A stretch of DNA of 62,390 nucleotides, filler included, from Rhabdomonas costata (taxonomy: Eukaryota), in the NCBI GenBank assembly GCA_019059605.1. It is 33 parts of 33 records of this genome, joined end to end, with 100 filler letters (N's around TTAATTAATTAA, not from the genome) between each part and the next. Parts side by side here need not be neighbours in the genome. Positions count along the whole stretch, not along the records: positions 1 to 1,793 come from JAHMHO010008946.1; positions 1,894 to 3,687 come from JAHMHO010008947.1; positions 3,788 to 5,580 come from JAHMHO010008948.1; positions 5,681 to 7,473 come from JAHMHO010008949.1; positions 7,574 to 9,367 come from JAHMHO010008950.1; positions 9,468 to 11,261 come from JAHMHO010008951.1; 27 more parts are not named here. One strand, 5' to 3'. Position 1 is the first letter of the stretch; the number at the start of each line of letters is the position of its first letter. This document shows positions 1 through 11,361 of this stretch, one piece after another. Both the position numbers and the translations under genes were made by a program. Under the pieces are notes generated by a model. It did no database searches, was not told the origin of the DNA, and saw only the letters and a program-made list of their open reading frames with translations.

Positions 1-317
1 GTGGTTTTGGAAGTTGAGAGTGAGGAGAGGGGGGGCACCATCCCTTAGGCACTTTCTTCGAAGAAGGTCTATAGGACTGAATGAGGACACCATTACCCCC
101 GTTTTGGTGACCGCACTACAGTTGCTGTCCAGGTCCAGGTTGGCCAGATACTCAGCTGGACAAAAACAAGTAACGGTTAAGGGAGGGTAGAGTAAGAAGG
201 AAAAGAAAAGGGGGCGGGCAGGAACTTTGCACCCTTTGAGCACCAGTGTACGTGAGGACGCGCGAGAAAGCGTTTCCCGCCCGTGTTCGAGGATCCCTCC
301 TAACACCCCCCTTGCAG

Positions 318-1793
318 GCAACAGCAGCAGCAACAGGGCGAGGGGAATGCCGAAAATCCCGCTGCGGCTGACGAGAAGGGTGATGACAGGCCTTCCGCCG
401 ACAGCAAGGCCGCGGCCGCGGGCGAGGACGACGCGGAATCTCCGGACGGCAATGGGACGGAGGAAGAGGTGCTGCGTGAGCGCCTGCTGCGGTACTCCCG
501 GGTGAAGCTGGTGGACTTCGGTAATGCCTGCTGGACTTATAAGCACTTCACTGACGAGGCATGCCACTTTCCTCTCACCACATATGCAGACACCCAGGGT
601 GAGGCTAATCTGATCCTGTGTTTCCTTGATAAATAACCGTTTGCCAGTGGTTGGTTTTCTGGCTTTTCTATTTTTCATTTAAAACTTTTGCGTATGGGTG
701 GGCATTGTCGGGGCTACACTTGAAGACTTTTGGTTGACGCAAAGAACTTCAAACCCGCAACTCGACCAGAGAAACATCCACCCCCCAGCTGCTTGCTTTT
801 CTTAGGTTTTGTTGCCTGTTGTGGGTGGCAATTTCTACGTGAACGTTCACGATGGACCCTTTTGAAATCTCAAAGGCATTGCTTATGTTCTTGATGTTTT
901 CTCCATGCCTGTGTGCACTCCGCGTGCATCTGATATCGAACACCCAGGCATAGGGTCTCAGCCCTGTGTTGTATAGTTGTATGGTTGTATCCGTCATCTA
1001 TCTTTCTTTCCGGCTTCTTTTGGGGGGTTGTCACAGGTTTGCACGCGGCAGTACCGCCCTCCAGAGGTGATCGTGCGGCACGGCTACGACACCAGCGTGG
1101 ACATCTGGAGCTGCGCCTGCCTGGTGTTTGAGCTGCTGACAGGGGACTTCCTGTTCGACCCCCAGGAGAGCGAGTACATCGACCGCGATGAGGACCACCT
1201 CGCGCTAATCGTGGAGCTGCTGCAGACCTCCCCACAGGCACTGATGGGCGGGAGTCGGGAAGAGGGCGGTTGGCTGTCTGAAAACTGAAAACTGGAGCTG
1301 GAATGCGCTGTAAAGAAGCATGTTCACTGGAACACCAAATTAGCACTCTCGTCCTTCTCACGGTTCTGTTAGCCTGTTCTTCTCCACTTCTTCTGCCTCC
1401 CACCCTCACCCCATACACACATGGTGTCTGCCGATGGGATCTAATGGTTAGAGTTTGATTGCGTTTACCAGTTTTTTGTTGAGGTCTCCGTTGCGCAGTT
1501 CGTTCAGGGTCCATTATGCAGGTCCACCAGATATCTGAAAAATATTTAAACCATGAGCTGCATTACTACTACTTGACTTTCCAATAAGATCAATCCAGAA
1601 CGTGTTTATTCGCAAAATTCTCGTTGTGGGACACCATCCGACCCCCACCTCGTCGCGCACACGCCCTGTTTCCATCAGGTCCCAGCCTGCCTGTACGCCC
1701 GGGGCTCCAACGAGTACATCACCAGCCAGGGGCTTTTGCGGCACGTCAACCAGCTGAAGTTCTGGGACCTACCCTCTGTCTTGCACCAAAACC
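318..1793 (+). CDS. SRPK: SR-protein kinase (SRPK family), partial C-lobe, 3 exons
   Basis: Exons 318-558, 1037-1237 and 1679-1793 splice in frame: ...RVKLVDFGNACWTYKHFTDE|VCTRQYRPPEVIVRHGYDTSVDIWSCACLVFELLTGDFLFDPQESEYIDRDEDHLALIVELLQTSPQ|VPACLYARGSNEYITSQGLLRHVNQLKFWDL. The GNACW..KHFT, TRQYR and RDEDHLA motifs are SRPK hallmarks. Both introns are GC-AG. Confidence 0.93.
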
Positions 1794-1893
1794 NNNNNNN
1801 NNNNNNNNNNNNNNNNNNNNNNNNNNNNNNNNNNNNNTTAATTAATTAANNNNNNNNNNNNNNNNNNNNNNNNNNNNNNNNNNNNNNNNNNNN
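1794..1893. other. Artificial contig-joining spacer (first of 32)
   Basis: N44-TTAATTAATTAA-N44, with stops in all six frames. Identical spacers start at 1794, 3688, 5581, 7474, 9368, 11262, 13156, 15050, 16945, 18839, 20733, 22627, 24521, 26416, 28310, 30204, 32097, 33986, 35879, 37772, 39663, 41555, 43448, 45341, 47234, 49128, 51021, 52932, 54823, 56715, 58607 and 60499. Confidence 0.99.
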
Positions 1894-2988
1894 GGGGGTG
1901 GGTAGTGCCACACCTTCTCAAAGACGTCCGCCAGGCGGGACAGCACAGGCCGAGGGACACGCCTCCACTGAAACACCATGAGATGCTGCTGCTCATCTTC
2001 CGACAGGAAGCCGGAGGGTGTCACAGTTGAGCTGGCCAGCTCTGTGGATAACCGCGAGAACGCTCTTGCAAAGTAGTGTGTATGGCGTGTGTGGATGGGC
2101 ACGGCGCACACCCTCACCCCAACGCCCGACCTCTCGTTCAGCACGAACAGCAGCACCGTGAACGCGCAAAAAAAAACGAACTTGAAGCATAAGAACACGT
2201 CACAGCACCCAAGGCGCCACGGCGCAGTGTGTGTACCCCCCCCCTTCCCCAATACTTTACCAGACCCAGAACCCAGCCACTCCGAAAAGAATCCTCCAGG
2301 TAGAGGGAACTTTTTCGCCAACCCCCTTTTAGTGTTCAACTCCGAAAAAAAATGCATGATGTAGAGTGCAGTTTTTTTTTCCGCCGTGACTCTTTTTAGA
2401 TGACCCGGCCTCTAAATAACTAATTCATCGCCCTTCCGGATTGTTTAATTGTTAACACCCCCAACTTACAGCACCGCTGACCCGTTTCCAGTCATTGCAG
2501 CACCTCTCCCCAAGAGACCCAAAACGGGTTTCCGAACATCGTGTAAAACCGCTGCGTTTAAGGTGGTGGGCTAAATTCGAGAAGTTCAAGAGGACCAAGA
2601 TGTATGCTCTCGAGAGATGGGGTTTCCCATCTACACCTCCAAATCTGGAACATCTTCCTTACGGAAACGCTACAGCGCATTCCACCCCTTCCCCGCAAAA
2701 CAGGAAGCACCCCCTAAGAAAGGATTCACCTGAGGGCGGCATTAGGGTGACGTGGGATGATTCATTTCCCTCGCAGTGTGAGAGCGAGAGCCGCGCCCCG
2801 CTGCTGGGGGAGTGCGGTGCGGTGGCACTTTCCACAGACGCCGCCTCAGTCACCGCGCAGAGAGGCTCGAACACGGGCAGCACCTGAGCCTTGCCGGGCA
2901 CTGTGATCTTCCCCAACGAGCGGAAGAAGAAGGCGCTGGCGCAGGCCTTCATGGTGCGCTCACTGACCAGCACCACCGTCTTGAAGGG
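1894..2988 (-). CDS. Class III adenylate/guanylate cyclase, end of catalytic domain plus tail, partial
   Basis: Exon 2988-2730 (PFKTVVLVSERTMKACASAFFFRSLGKITVPGKAQVLPVFEP...) matches the cyclase C-terminal pattern ILISE.T...F.FR.LG.I.VKGK..P..VYE. A phase-1 GT-AG intron leads to exon 2041-1894 (ELASSTVTPSGFLSEDEQQHLMVFQW...). Confidence 0.7.
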
Positions 2989-5935
2989 CTGTGCCGTGGG
3001 GGTGGGGAGAAAAGACCCGAGAGCTCTCTTTATGGTCCAACTGGCAATCGGAGAGAGAGGAAGTGGTACTGGTTGCCGAGTGACCGTTAGCGGTGGGAAC
3101 CGTTGCTGGTCCCAACGATTGCCTGGAAGGGCTGAACAATGAGTGTGAGCGACACCTCTTCAGATGGAGATGGATAAAATAGCACTGAGGCGCGGAGCAT
3201 CAAAAACCAACCGACCTCGTCCTCAGCACGCTCAATGCAATCTCAGGAAATTCTTTGGCACCTCCAACATGGTATTAGTTCTGCAGAAGATATTTTAATT
3301 CTGGTTTTGGTTCGAGTTCTGGTTTGGCGAGAATTGTTTTTGCTCCTCTTACGTTTTAATTTTGATGTGTCGGACAATGCAAACTGTTTTCCTCGTTTGT
3401 GATTTTGTTTATGTGAAATGATTTCGGGAAAGGGGTGGGGGGATTCGACAAAAATACACCAAGCCCTGTTTTCTTTCTTCGTTTCTTTTATGCCGCATCA
3501 TCTCCCCCTAAGGCCAACGTCTGCACCCCAGACCGCGCTGGGAACCCCTCCTGGGACCGTTGAAAGGGCGAATGGAGACGATCTGGACGCGACCCCGCGC
3601 ATGGAAAACCGAGGTGGGGACTCCTCTGGGGAGGAAGCAGGCTCCTCCTCCTTTTCCCCGGGCAGGACAGTCCCGCTCCCCACAACANNNNNNNNNNNNN
3701 NNNNNNNNNNNNNNNNNNNNNNNNNNNNNNNTTAATTAATTAANNNNNNNNNNNNNNNNNNNNNNNNNNNNNNNNNNNNNNNNNNNNCCACTTCTCCCCC
3801 CCCCCCTCCCTCTCACATTCGAAGTGTGGTTTTTGCGATGGGAGAGAGAGTGTTAGCCGCTCGGCTTTACGGTAATTGCTTCAGCCCGGCCGCTACTTTG
3901 ATGTTCCACTCCCCCTGTGATATGCATTGTAGGTGTACGTCACTCCGGTGTTTGGATTTTCAGCCCATGAGAACGGGTTAGGTCTGGGGGGTGGGGCGTA
4001 AAACGCTATACGCAGTTATACGGTTCAACGTCGTTATGCGACATATCGCCGTTATACGGTATGATGGCGTTATACGATATAATAATGTTACACAACGAAG
4101 GACGAAACTAAGCCACGCGGACGTATAATGGTGTCACACCGTATAGCGGTGTTATACTGTGTCACGGCGCAGAGCGACCTTATACCGTTAATGCATTTAA
4201 CGGGGATTCGGCTTTTTTTATTCCGTAAACTCCCAGCAAATTGCAGCCGAATAAATCGAAGAAATTAAGCTTTTGGCGTGTTGGAGATAGTTAAGTATCC
4301 TAGCTACAGTTCACCAATTCACAAACACAGCCAAATAAGCTCACATTTTCTCCGTACAGGTTTTCTGTATGTCTGTGTATGGCACAAAGCAGACAACAGA
4401 AATTCTGTAATTTCGTCAAGACTCGCTTTTTATCACATGTGGTGGCACAAATAAATCCATGGTTCCGCGCGGGTGTTTGCTGGCAGTTGTCGTGATGGGA
4501 GAGCACCTGCAATTACCCACGATTCCCTTCATACACGACTTTAGTAGATCACCCCCCCCCCCGTGACATCTTTTTCTCCCTTTGAGGGGATGATTTTTAT
4601 GTTCGCCGTGCCTGACTCCCTGTGCACGCCTGCAGGTTCCGCTGTGCATATGGATTACGTTGCCGAGCGGGTGGGTCTCTGCAACTTATGTGCCTCTCAT
4701 GGAAGAGGTCCACTCGGGGTGGGTGGTTTCTCCGAATTCTCTAACTTGCGCTTGAGTGAGCTCTAATTCCGTTTTGCCTTTTGCGTGAGAAGTTCCCTGA
4801 GCCGCGTGATGTGTTTCTCAGAGAAGTTCTCAGGCTCAGACTCAGCTCAGTGGTTCTCGTTTCTCCTTTTATTCTGCTTTTTACCCCTCCCAAGAGGGCC
4901 TGCCGAGGGTTCCGCGGTGCACATGATGCCGCGAAGAAAAAACTGCGATGCATCTTTCGTTGTTTTGTGGGAGTATGCGCGGGGTTTAGTTTCTCCTTTT
5001 TTTCTTCCCATTTTTATACTCTCTCCCCCCAGCATAGCCTCATTTTTCTTCCGATTTCATTCGCCGCCAATTTCGTTGAGGTGCTGTTCAGCCCTCTCGC
5101 CGCATGCCGCTTGCACGCCGCTTGCAGCTTGCCGTGCTCATTTTTTCTTGGGGTGGGGGCTGTGCTCACTGGACTTTGTGACTTGGTTGAGTGTGTCCAG
5201 CGTTGCTTGGTTTGCCGGTTTGTATTGCGCGACGGAGTTTCTTTTTGCTTTCATTGGGTATGGTATCGTTACAATCTATTTTCTGCCTTACTGTGATATT
5301 GATCCGATGTTACTGTTGAGGAATTATTCGGTAGTTGCGGCCTTTCCTTTCCACTCTCAACGTTTAGATTAGTATTGCGTATAACCCATTGATGGTTCCG
5401 ACGGCGGGAGACCTTCGAAAGAAATCCTGAAGATAAGTACGATGAGGTGCGTCCCCCCCCCATCGTCGAAGTTCGAGGCGGTGGGTGCTAAGGCTAAGTT
5501 GAAAGTATCCCTTCTCCATCTCTTTCCTGTCAGTGTCCCACTGCCTGGCTTTACGTATCCCTCTCCGTGCCCCCCCCCACNNNNNNNNNNNNNNNNNNNN
5601 NNNNNNNNNNNNNNNNNNNNNNNNTTAATTAATTAANNNNNNNNNNNNNNNNNNNNNNNNNNNNNNNNNNNNNNNNNNNNGGGGTGTCCCCTTGATTGCC
5701 CTCCCTGGGTGACGGTCCTCGGCTATTAAGGGGACGCCTCCCTACTCAACGCACACACCATTTCTTCCGCAAACTCACCTCCTTGGATATGCACTTCAAT
5801 TGGATTCAAGATCGGCGGACCACCCCAGGGCATGTTGCTCACATTGTCCGCTGCTCGCAAAAATAACCCTCACAAGGCAACTTTCTACGGTCCGCTTCAT
5901 CTGTCGAAAAGCGCCAATCTCGCAGGGGGGTTGGG

Positions 5936-5968
5936 GACTAAGACTAAGACTAAGACTAAGACTAAGAC
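5936..5968 (+). repeat. (GACTAA)n microsatellite
   Basis: About 5.5 perfect hexamer units, read directly. Confidence 0.9.
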
Positions 5969-6635
5969 AAGATGTTTTCAGGAAGGCTGAGCGATGGAGG
6001 CACTGCCAGCGGGCTGGACGCTCGTGGCATTGCCAACAGAGGGGCGGGAGCGCTCTCTGGGGAGGTTTTCCCCTATCCCACACATTGCCACGAAAACGGC
6101 ACAAGCGCTCGGCAGTCCAAGAGTTTCGACTTTTTCACTTGTTGCGATAAGCGCGAAAACCCTCCTATTAGTACACCTTCACATCCGCACATTCCTGGGC
6201 AAGACTTCGAGGTACCCAGTACCCTTATCTCGAGTTCCAACGCTAACACCCTAGCTAACGCTCGATATAGCAACAGAACAGACGCTTCCAACGGCAGCAG
6301 GCTGATCAACAGTCGGCAGCAGTACAGGCCCCACAAAGGGCGGCAGCACAAGGACAGGGCGCCGAGGCTAACACTACGGCGTAGGAGGAGCTGGGGGGTG
6401 ACGATGAACGTTACGTCAAGCGGGTGGGTCAAACAGGCACACAACAGAAGCAGCTAAGAAATGACCACAGACAATGCACAACAGCAACGGGGCACGACAA
6501 CCCTTCCCCCACCCCAGCCCATCCCCACGTACCACTTTCCTTCCACCCCCGCTCGGAGCGAAAAGGAATGCACTCAGCGATGGGAAAAGATCGAGCCAAG
6601 CTGCGCGATGCCCACGACGAAAAGAAAGTCTTTTC

Positions 6636-7168
6636 ATTTTTGGGCTATTTGCGTTTGCTCAGGCGACTTCCGCAGCAAAGGCATCATCTCCTCAGCAGAA
6701 AGGTGCGCCTGCTGTATGTGTGTGCATGCATGTGGGTGTGCGCGAAGGTTGTACTGCTTCTTGCCCACCGGCCGTGACTTGTCCAGACAGAGGTCTGCCA
6801 TTCGTTAGTTGTCGGGTTTGATGTGCGATGCGGACTTTCTTCATATACTTGAAGTGCCCTTGACCTGGTGGGCATTTTAAATGGGCGTTTCGTTTTCGGG
6901 CTCAATTCCACTGCCCGGAAAAGGGGAGCACCCTTGTGTAAGTGCGTGCGCTCAAAGCTTTAAAACGCTTTGTAATGGGAAAATGGAAAAAGGTGCGCTG
7001 AAGGCTGGGAAATCCGCGACCCCAACGTAGCACCTGCAGCGGAAGGAAGGTCGGGGGGATAAACGCGCGATCCACGTCCGCCAGGCGGAAGGAGCGGTTC
7101 ACCTTGAAGAACACGTAGCACTCCAGGGTGGCGTGGTAGTATCTTGCCGGGACGCTCGGGCTCAGTAC
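6636..7168 (-). CDS. Hypothetical protein, partial
   Basis: Exon 7168-7034 is bounded by AG and GT and has GC3-rich codons (VLSPSVPARYYHATLECYVFFKVNRSFRLADVDRAFIPPTFLPLQ). It is in phase with an exon near 6710 (AHLSAEEMMPLLRKSPE). A further terminal exon near 6390-6306 via a GC donor is possible. Confidence 0.55.
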
Positions 7169-9467
7169 CTGAAGGACGCAATGCGTGGGGAGTCTTTTTG
7201 AGCCGTCCCGGAGTGAAACAGGATTGCTCCGAGCTCAACGTTCAAGGTGAAGGTGCTCAACGGTCAATTCAATTTAGTGTCATGGCTGAAAGGTCATGGT
7301 GACCAATTTAACGTTCGATGCAAAGTTCAACGCGCCGACCGCAGCAAAGAAATCCCTATAAGCTGGGCCAAAAGTTCAAGGTCAAGTTCTAAGTTTAACC
7401 ATCAAGGCAACCAGTTCAACGTTCAATGCGGCGCAGTTCAAAGTTCAGTTAAAGTTCAATGCAACAACCCCACNNNNNNNNNNNNNNNNNNNNNNNNNNN
7501 NNNNNNNNNNNNNNNNNTTAATTAATTAANNNNNNNNNNNNNNNNNNNNNNNNNNNNNNNNNNNNNNNNNNNNGGGTTTGTGTGGTGGAGGGCTTTGTTG
7601 CTGAACGTGCAGGTGCTGTTATTTAGCTGCCTTGTGCCTTTGCTGTAACCGGTGCGAGCGTGTTGACTGTGATTTAGGAAAACGCTCTTTGCAGTGAGAT
7701 TTTCATATTTCTGCGGTTGGGTTTTCCTCCCCTGGGCCACGGTGTGCCTGTGTGAAGGGTCTGCGACCATGGTTTGTCTCAAACCGCTTTGATGTGTTCG
7801 CGCTCAGTCTTTCCCGGAGTGCCCTTCTGCCTGTCGGGATCACCGTTCTGCTTTCTTCCCATGGGAGTCAGGGGGTGAGTCTGCATGCAAGCTCTTTCTT
7901 CTTTACACACCCTTTTGTACAAATACTTGTGTGTGCGTTTGCGTGTGCGTGTGCGTTTGCTGTGTCTCAATAGCTTTGCTTATGTTGTGTGCGGCGATTT
8001 TACTGCACAAGTGCCCGTCATCCTTGCTAGCTGTGCTTTTTGTCTCGCCAATGCAACGTCACTCCTATGTCAAGGGACGGGAGCGGATGCATCGGGTATG
8101 AGTACTCATGCCCATGTGCGAGAGTACCCTTTCCGTTGACTTATCATGGGAGGCGTGTGTGGGCGATGCCCTCCCTGCCTACGTCCATACTCACACACCA
8201 CGTGCTCCTTTGAATTGGATGGTGTCCACTATGTATGTCGTACTGATGGCACCGCTGCGGTGAATTCTTGAGAGCCATTCGTTCGATGAAAGCAGAGAAA
8301 CCCTTCCGATGAAGGCACGACGAGCTTCGATTTTTGGTAAGATCGTTCGACAGTACCAGGAAGGAGACTATTCTATTGTGGGGGGGGGGACTTTGGCGAC
8401 CGATTGGTTGGGTATTATCTTTGGGACGGAGGCCATCCGGCGGTGCGGCCGGAGCGAAGTGGTGAGGTGAGAGCTCATCATCGATGTGTGGGTTATGCAA
8501 AAATCGATCATGAGGTATACCGTATACGGTTGAAATTTTATCACCTCTGATAATGGTGTGGTGCTTGAAAGGGGTCAGGTTTACTGTGTCAGCGCCCCCT
8601 CGATCACTATTTCAAAGTTTTTCGACCGCCTAACAGTGGTAATCGTTGAACCCCCCCGAAAAAATTCAACAGCGTCTCAGGAAGGTTCTTCTGCAATTGA
8701 TAAACCGGAAAGAAAACTTTATCCTGCAGAGTTCGACCTGAGTATTGTGTCCGTTTAAACAGACAATGTGGCGTTGCTTAGAAAATACGTTTTCTGAGCT
8801 GAGCTAGTGGCGCTGGCTGTTTCACGATTTGCTCATGCCTGGCTTCTCGAATGAAGGAAGTAACTTTCTGTACTCCTCTAATTCACAGCGGGCTGTACCC
8901 TCGCAAAACTAAAGGAATAGAAAGTGACAATTTCTGGGTACATTTGCTATTAGCATGGTGTATTATGACTTTTTCTGAAAAGGTAGGACCAGTCTAAAAT
9001 CTTGAGAAAAACATTGTGCTCAGCAAAACTCCGGCACTTTTGGAGGGTAAGGGGAAAAAATGTTGAATCCAAGCTTTCGGTTCTGTTTATTTTTCCATTT
9101 TTGCCAAAATTTCTGGAACGATTGGCAAACAAGTCATGACTTCGTTACTCATGGGCTGTTCATTGCGACTGAGGTTGTATTTCTGGCCCCTTCTGCCAAC
9201 GCCACCCCTTCTCATCTCCTGGTCAAGTTGTGCACCAGATTCGTTTTCTTTCTCTCGAGCTCTTGAGCCCGGCGAGAATGGCTGGAACGGCCTTGGCGGC
9301 GCAGGTCAACTCCCCGCTGTTCAGGAGATGAGAAGGGGTGGCGTTGGCAGAAGGGGCCACAAAACAANNNNNNNNNNNNNNNNNNNNNNNNNNNNNNNNN
9401 NNNNNNNNNNNTTAATTAATTAANNNNNNNNNNNNNNNNNNNNNNNNNNNNNNNNNNNNNNNNNNNN

Positions 9468-11103
9468 GGTGGGGGGGGTTGGGCTACGGCTGGATGACTT
9501 TGTGAACGCCTGGAAGGTGTGGAGGCCGCTGACGCTCTCCAGCATGCTGACCGTGCAGGGCACGTACATCGCCACCACCCTGGAGTGGCCTGGGATCCCC
9601 GGGCATGGCCGGGGGATGGCCTTTCTGACAGACACCGGGATGGCAGCGTTCGGCTCTTTCAATGCCACGGTGTGCAATGACACGGAGAATTTCCCCGGGA
9701 GCAACTGCAGGTGCTGTCCGGGGAGAGAGACTGTTGTGTTCTAGGTGGAAGGGTCTCTGTTTTCTTTGATGCATTCTGTGCCAGGGGGCAGTCATATTTG
9801 CGCACTGCCGAATTGTTTTTTTACCATGGTGGAATTGTTGTTGCTGGGACATGACGGACAAACTGGATTTTAACATGTTAGGCTGTTGCGGTGCAGCCGG
9901 AGTGGAAGGCTGCGACCTTCCATGGAGAAGGTGATGCTCTGTTTAGCAGTGATGAACGTTTTATTTTAGGAGCGCTGGGGGTGAGCACGATGTGCCAATT
10001 ACCTTCAAGGGCTTTTTTTAGCAAAATAGTGTTATTAGTACCGCCTTATGTTTTTTTGGTGGTGGTGGGGTGAAAGAATTTATCTGTTTAGTGGTGCTAA
10101 AAACGTTCAGCACTGCTAAAAGTCCCCCCCCCCGCAGAAAAAAGAAAACGCAGGAGGCGTGAGAAACCTTTTTTTGCATCCCTCCACTCGTTCACGTTCG
10201 CAGCGTGATGGGTGGCGAGGTGTACCCCATGGACCCCGTCACCCTAATGCCCGTGTGGAGTGTTCTGCAGCAGTTCATCCCCAACTATGACCTGATGCAG
10301 AGCCCCACGATCCTCACCGGGGTGTACGCCCGCAGCGCGCTGTGGCGCTCCAGCCCAGATAACCTGTTCAACCCTGGTACCGGCTTGCTTGTGATTTGCC
10401 TGGCAACGCGAATTGCTGTTTTTAGCCTACGCCTTTCTTAAATGAACCAGGATTTCACTTCGGAGATCCTTCGTCAACGTGCCCCGAAATGAAATTGTCA
10501 AAAAAAACCAACGTGGGCACTGTGTGCGGCAATTCGTATGATGTATGGCTCGCGTTCCCTGAAAAGATCACAGAAGAGTTCGAAAAACAATCACAACCGA
10601 TGCGCAGTACGAACCCCCCCCTTTTTTTTTTCGCTTCCTGAATTTCGAAAACCCCTGATGTAGTGCTGGCTTCTCGTTTTTTTGTGCGGCTGGTTTACAT
10701 GAGGTGCCTCCAATGTTTGTATTTCGAAGTTTCTTTCTTCTTTTGTGTTTAGGGTACTCAGATATCTACTTCACACCCAGCATCCCCGCTTACCTGGTGC
10801 TCCCGGTAGACGTTTGCGTCGTGGACGGCCCGGGGGGCCGCTGTGTGGGGCAGCTGGGGAAGGACCTCCTGCTGAAGTTCCTGAATGACTTCTTGAATGA
10901 TCTGGTGGCCAAAACCGAGTTGCTGCGCCGTGGGGGGCGGGCTTTCAGCTACGAGCCCCGAGGTGGGCTGCTGACAGGAGCCAGTCACGGCAACCTCTTC
11001 ACCCCCACCGCAGCGGGTGGGGTGACCCGCCTGGCGGTATGGCAGAGCGATGACCCTACCATCGCCTACGCCGGGCGCCGGCTGTGGGAGCTGTGCAGCA
11101 ACG
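9468..11103 (+). CDS. Extracellular Cache-like sensor region, probably of a receptor-type cyclase, partial, 3 exons
   Basis: Exons 9468-9710, 10204-10376 and 10810-11103 are joined by phase-consistent GT-AG introns. GQLGKDLLLKFLNDFLNDL...GGRAFSYEPRGGLLTGASHG resembles the dCache pattern G.D..L..L..FL..L....G..F..E..G.L.ASS. The domain call is from motif recall. Confidence 0.65.
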
Positions 11104-11361
11104 GTGTGCGGGAATAGTTGGGTGAGGCGCTGTGCTCTCTCACCATATCCTTCCTTTCCACACACACACACACACACACACAACCGTGAAAGCCGTGCGG
11201 GGTCAGCACGCCCCTGATGAGGGGTAGAGTCACAGTCCGACTCCCCGGAAACGGAGTACACNNNNNNNNNNNNNNNNNNNNNNNNNNNNNNNNNNNNNNN
11301 NNNNNTTAATTAATTAANNNNNNNNNNNNNNNNNNNNNNNNNNNNNNNNNNNNNNNNNNNN

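Noticed and set aside
4781..5372. Long overlapping hydrophobic ORFs (also 22843-23541, 24781-25624, 29256-30068, 61167-61757)
   Set aside because: They lack GC3 bias, motifs and splice support, and are consistent with chance ORFs in T-rich or UTR sequence.
10008..10125. Possible MITE with GGGCTTTTTTAGCA / TGCTAAAAGTCCC ends
   Set aside because: The arms are short and imperfect, with no TSD and no second copy in the window.
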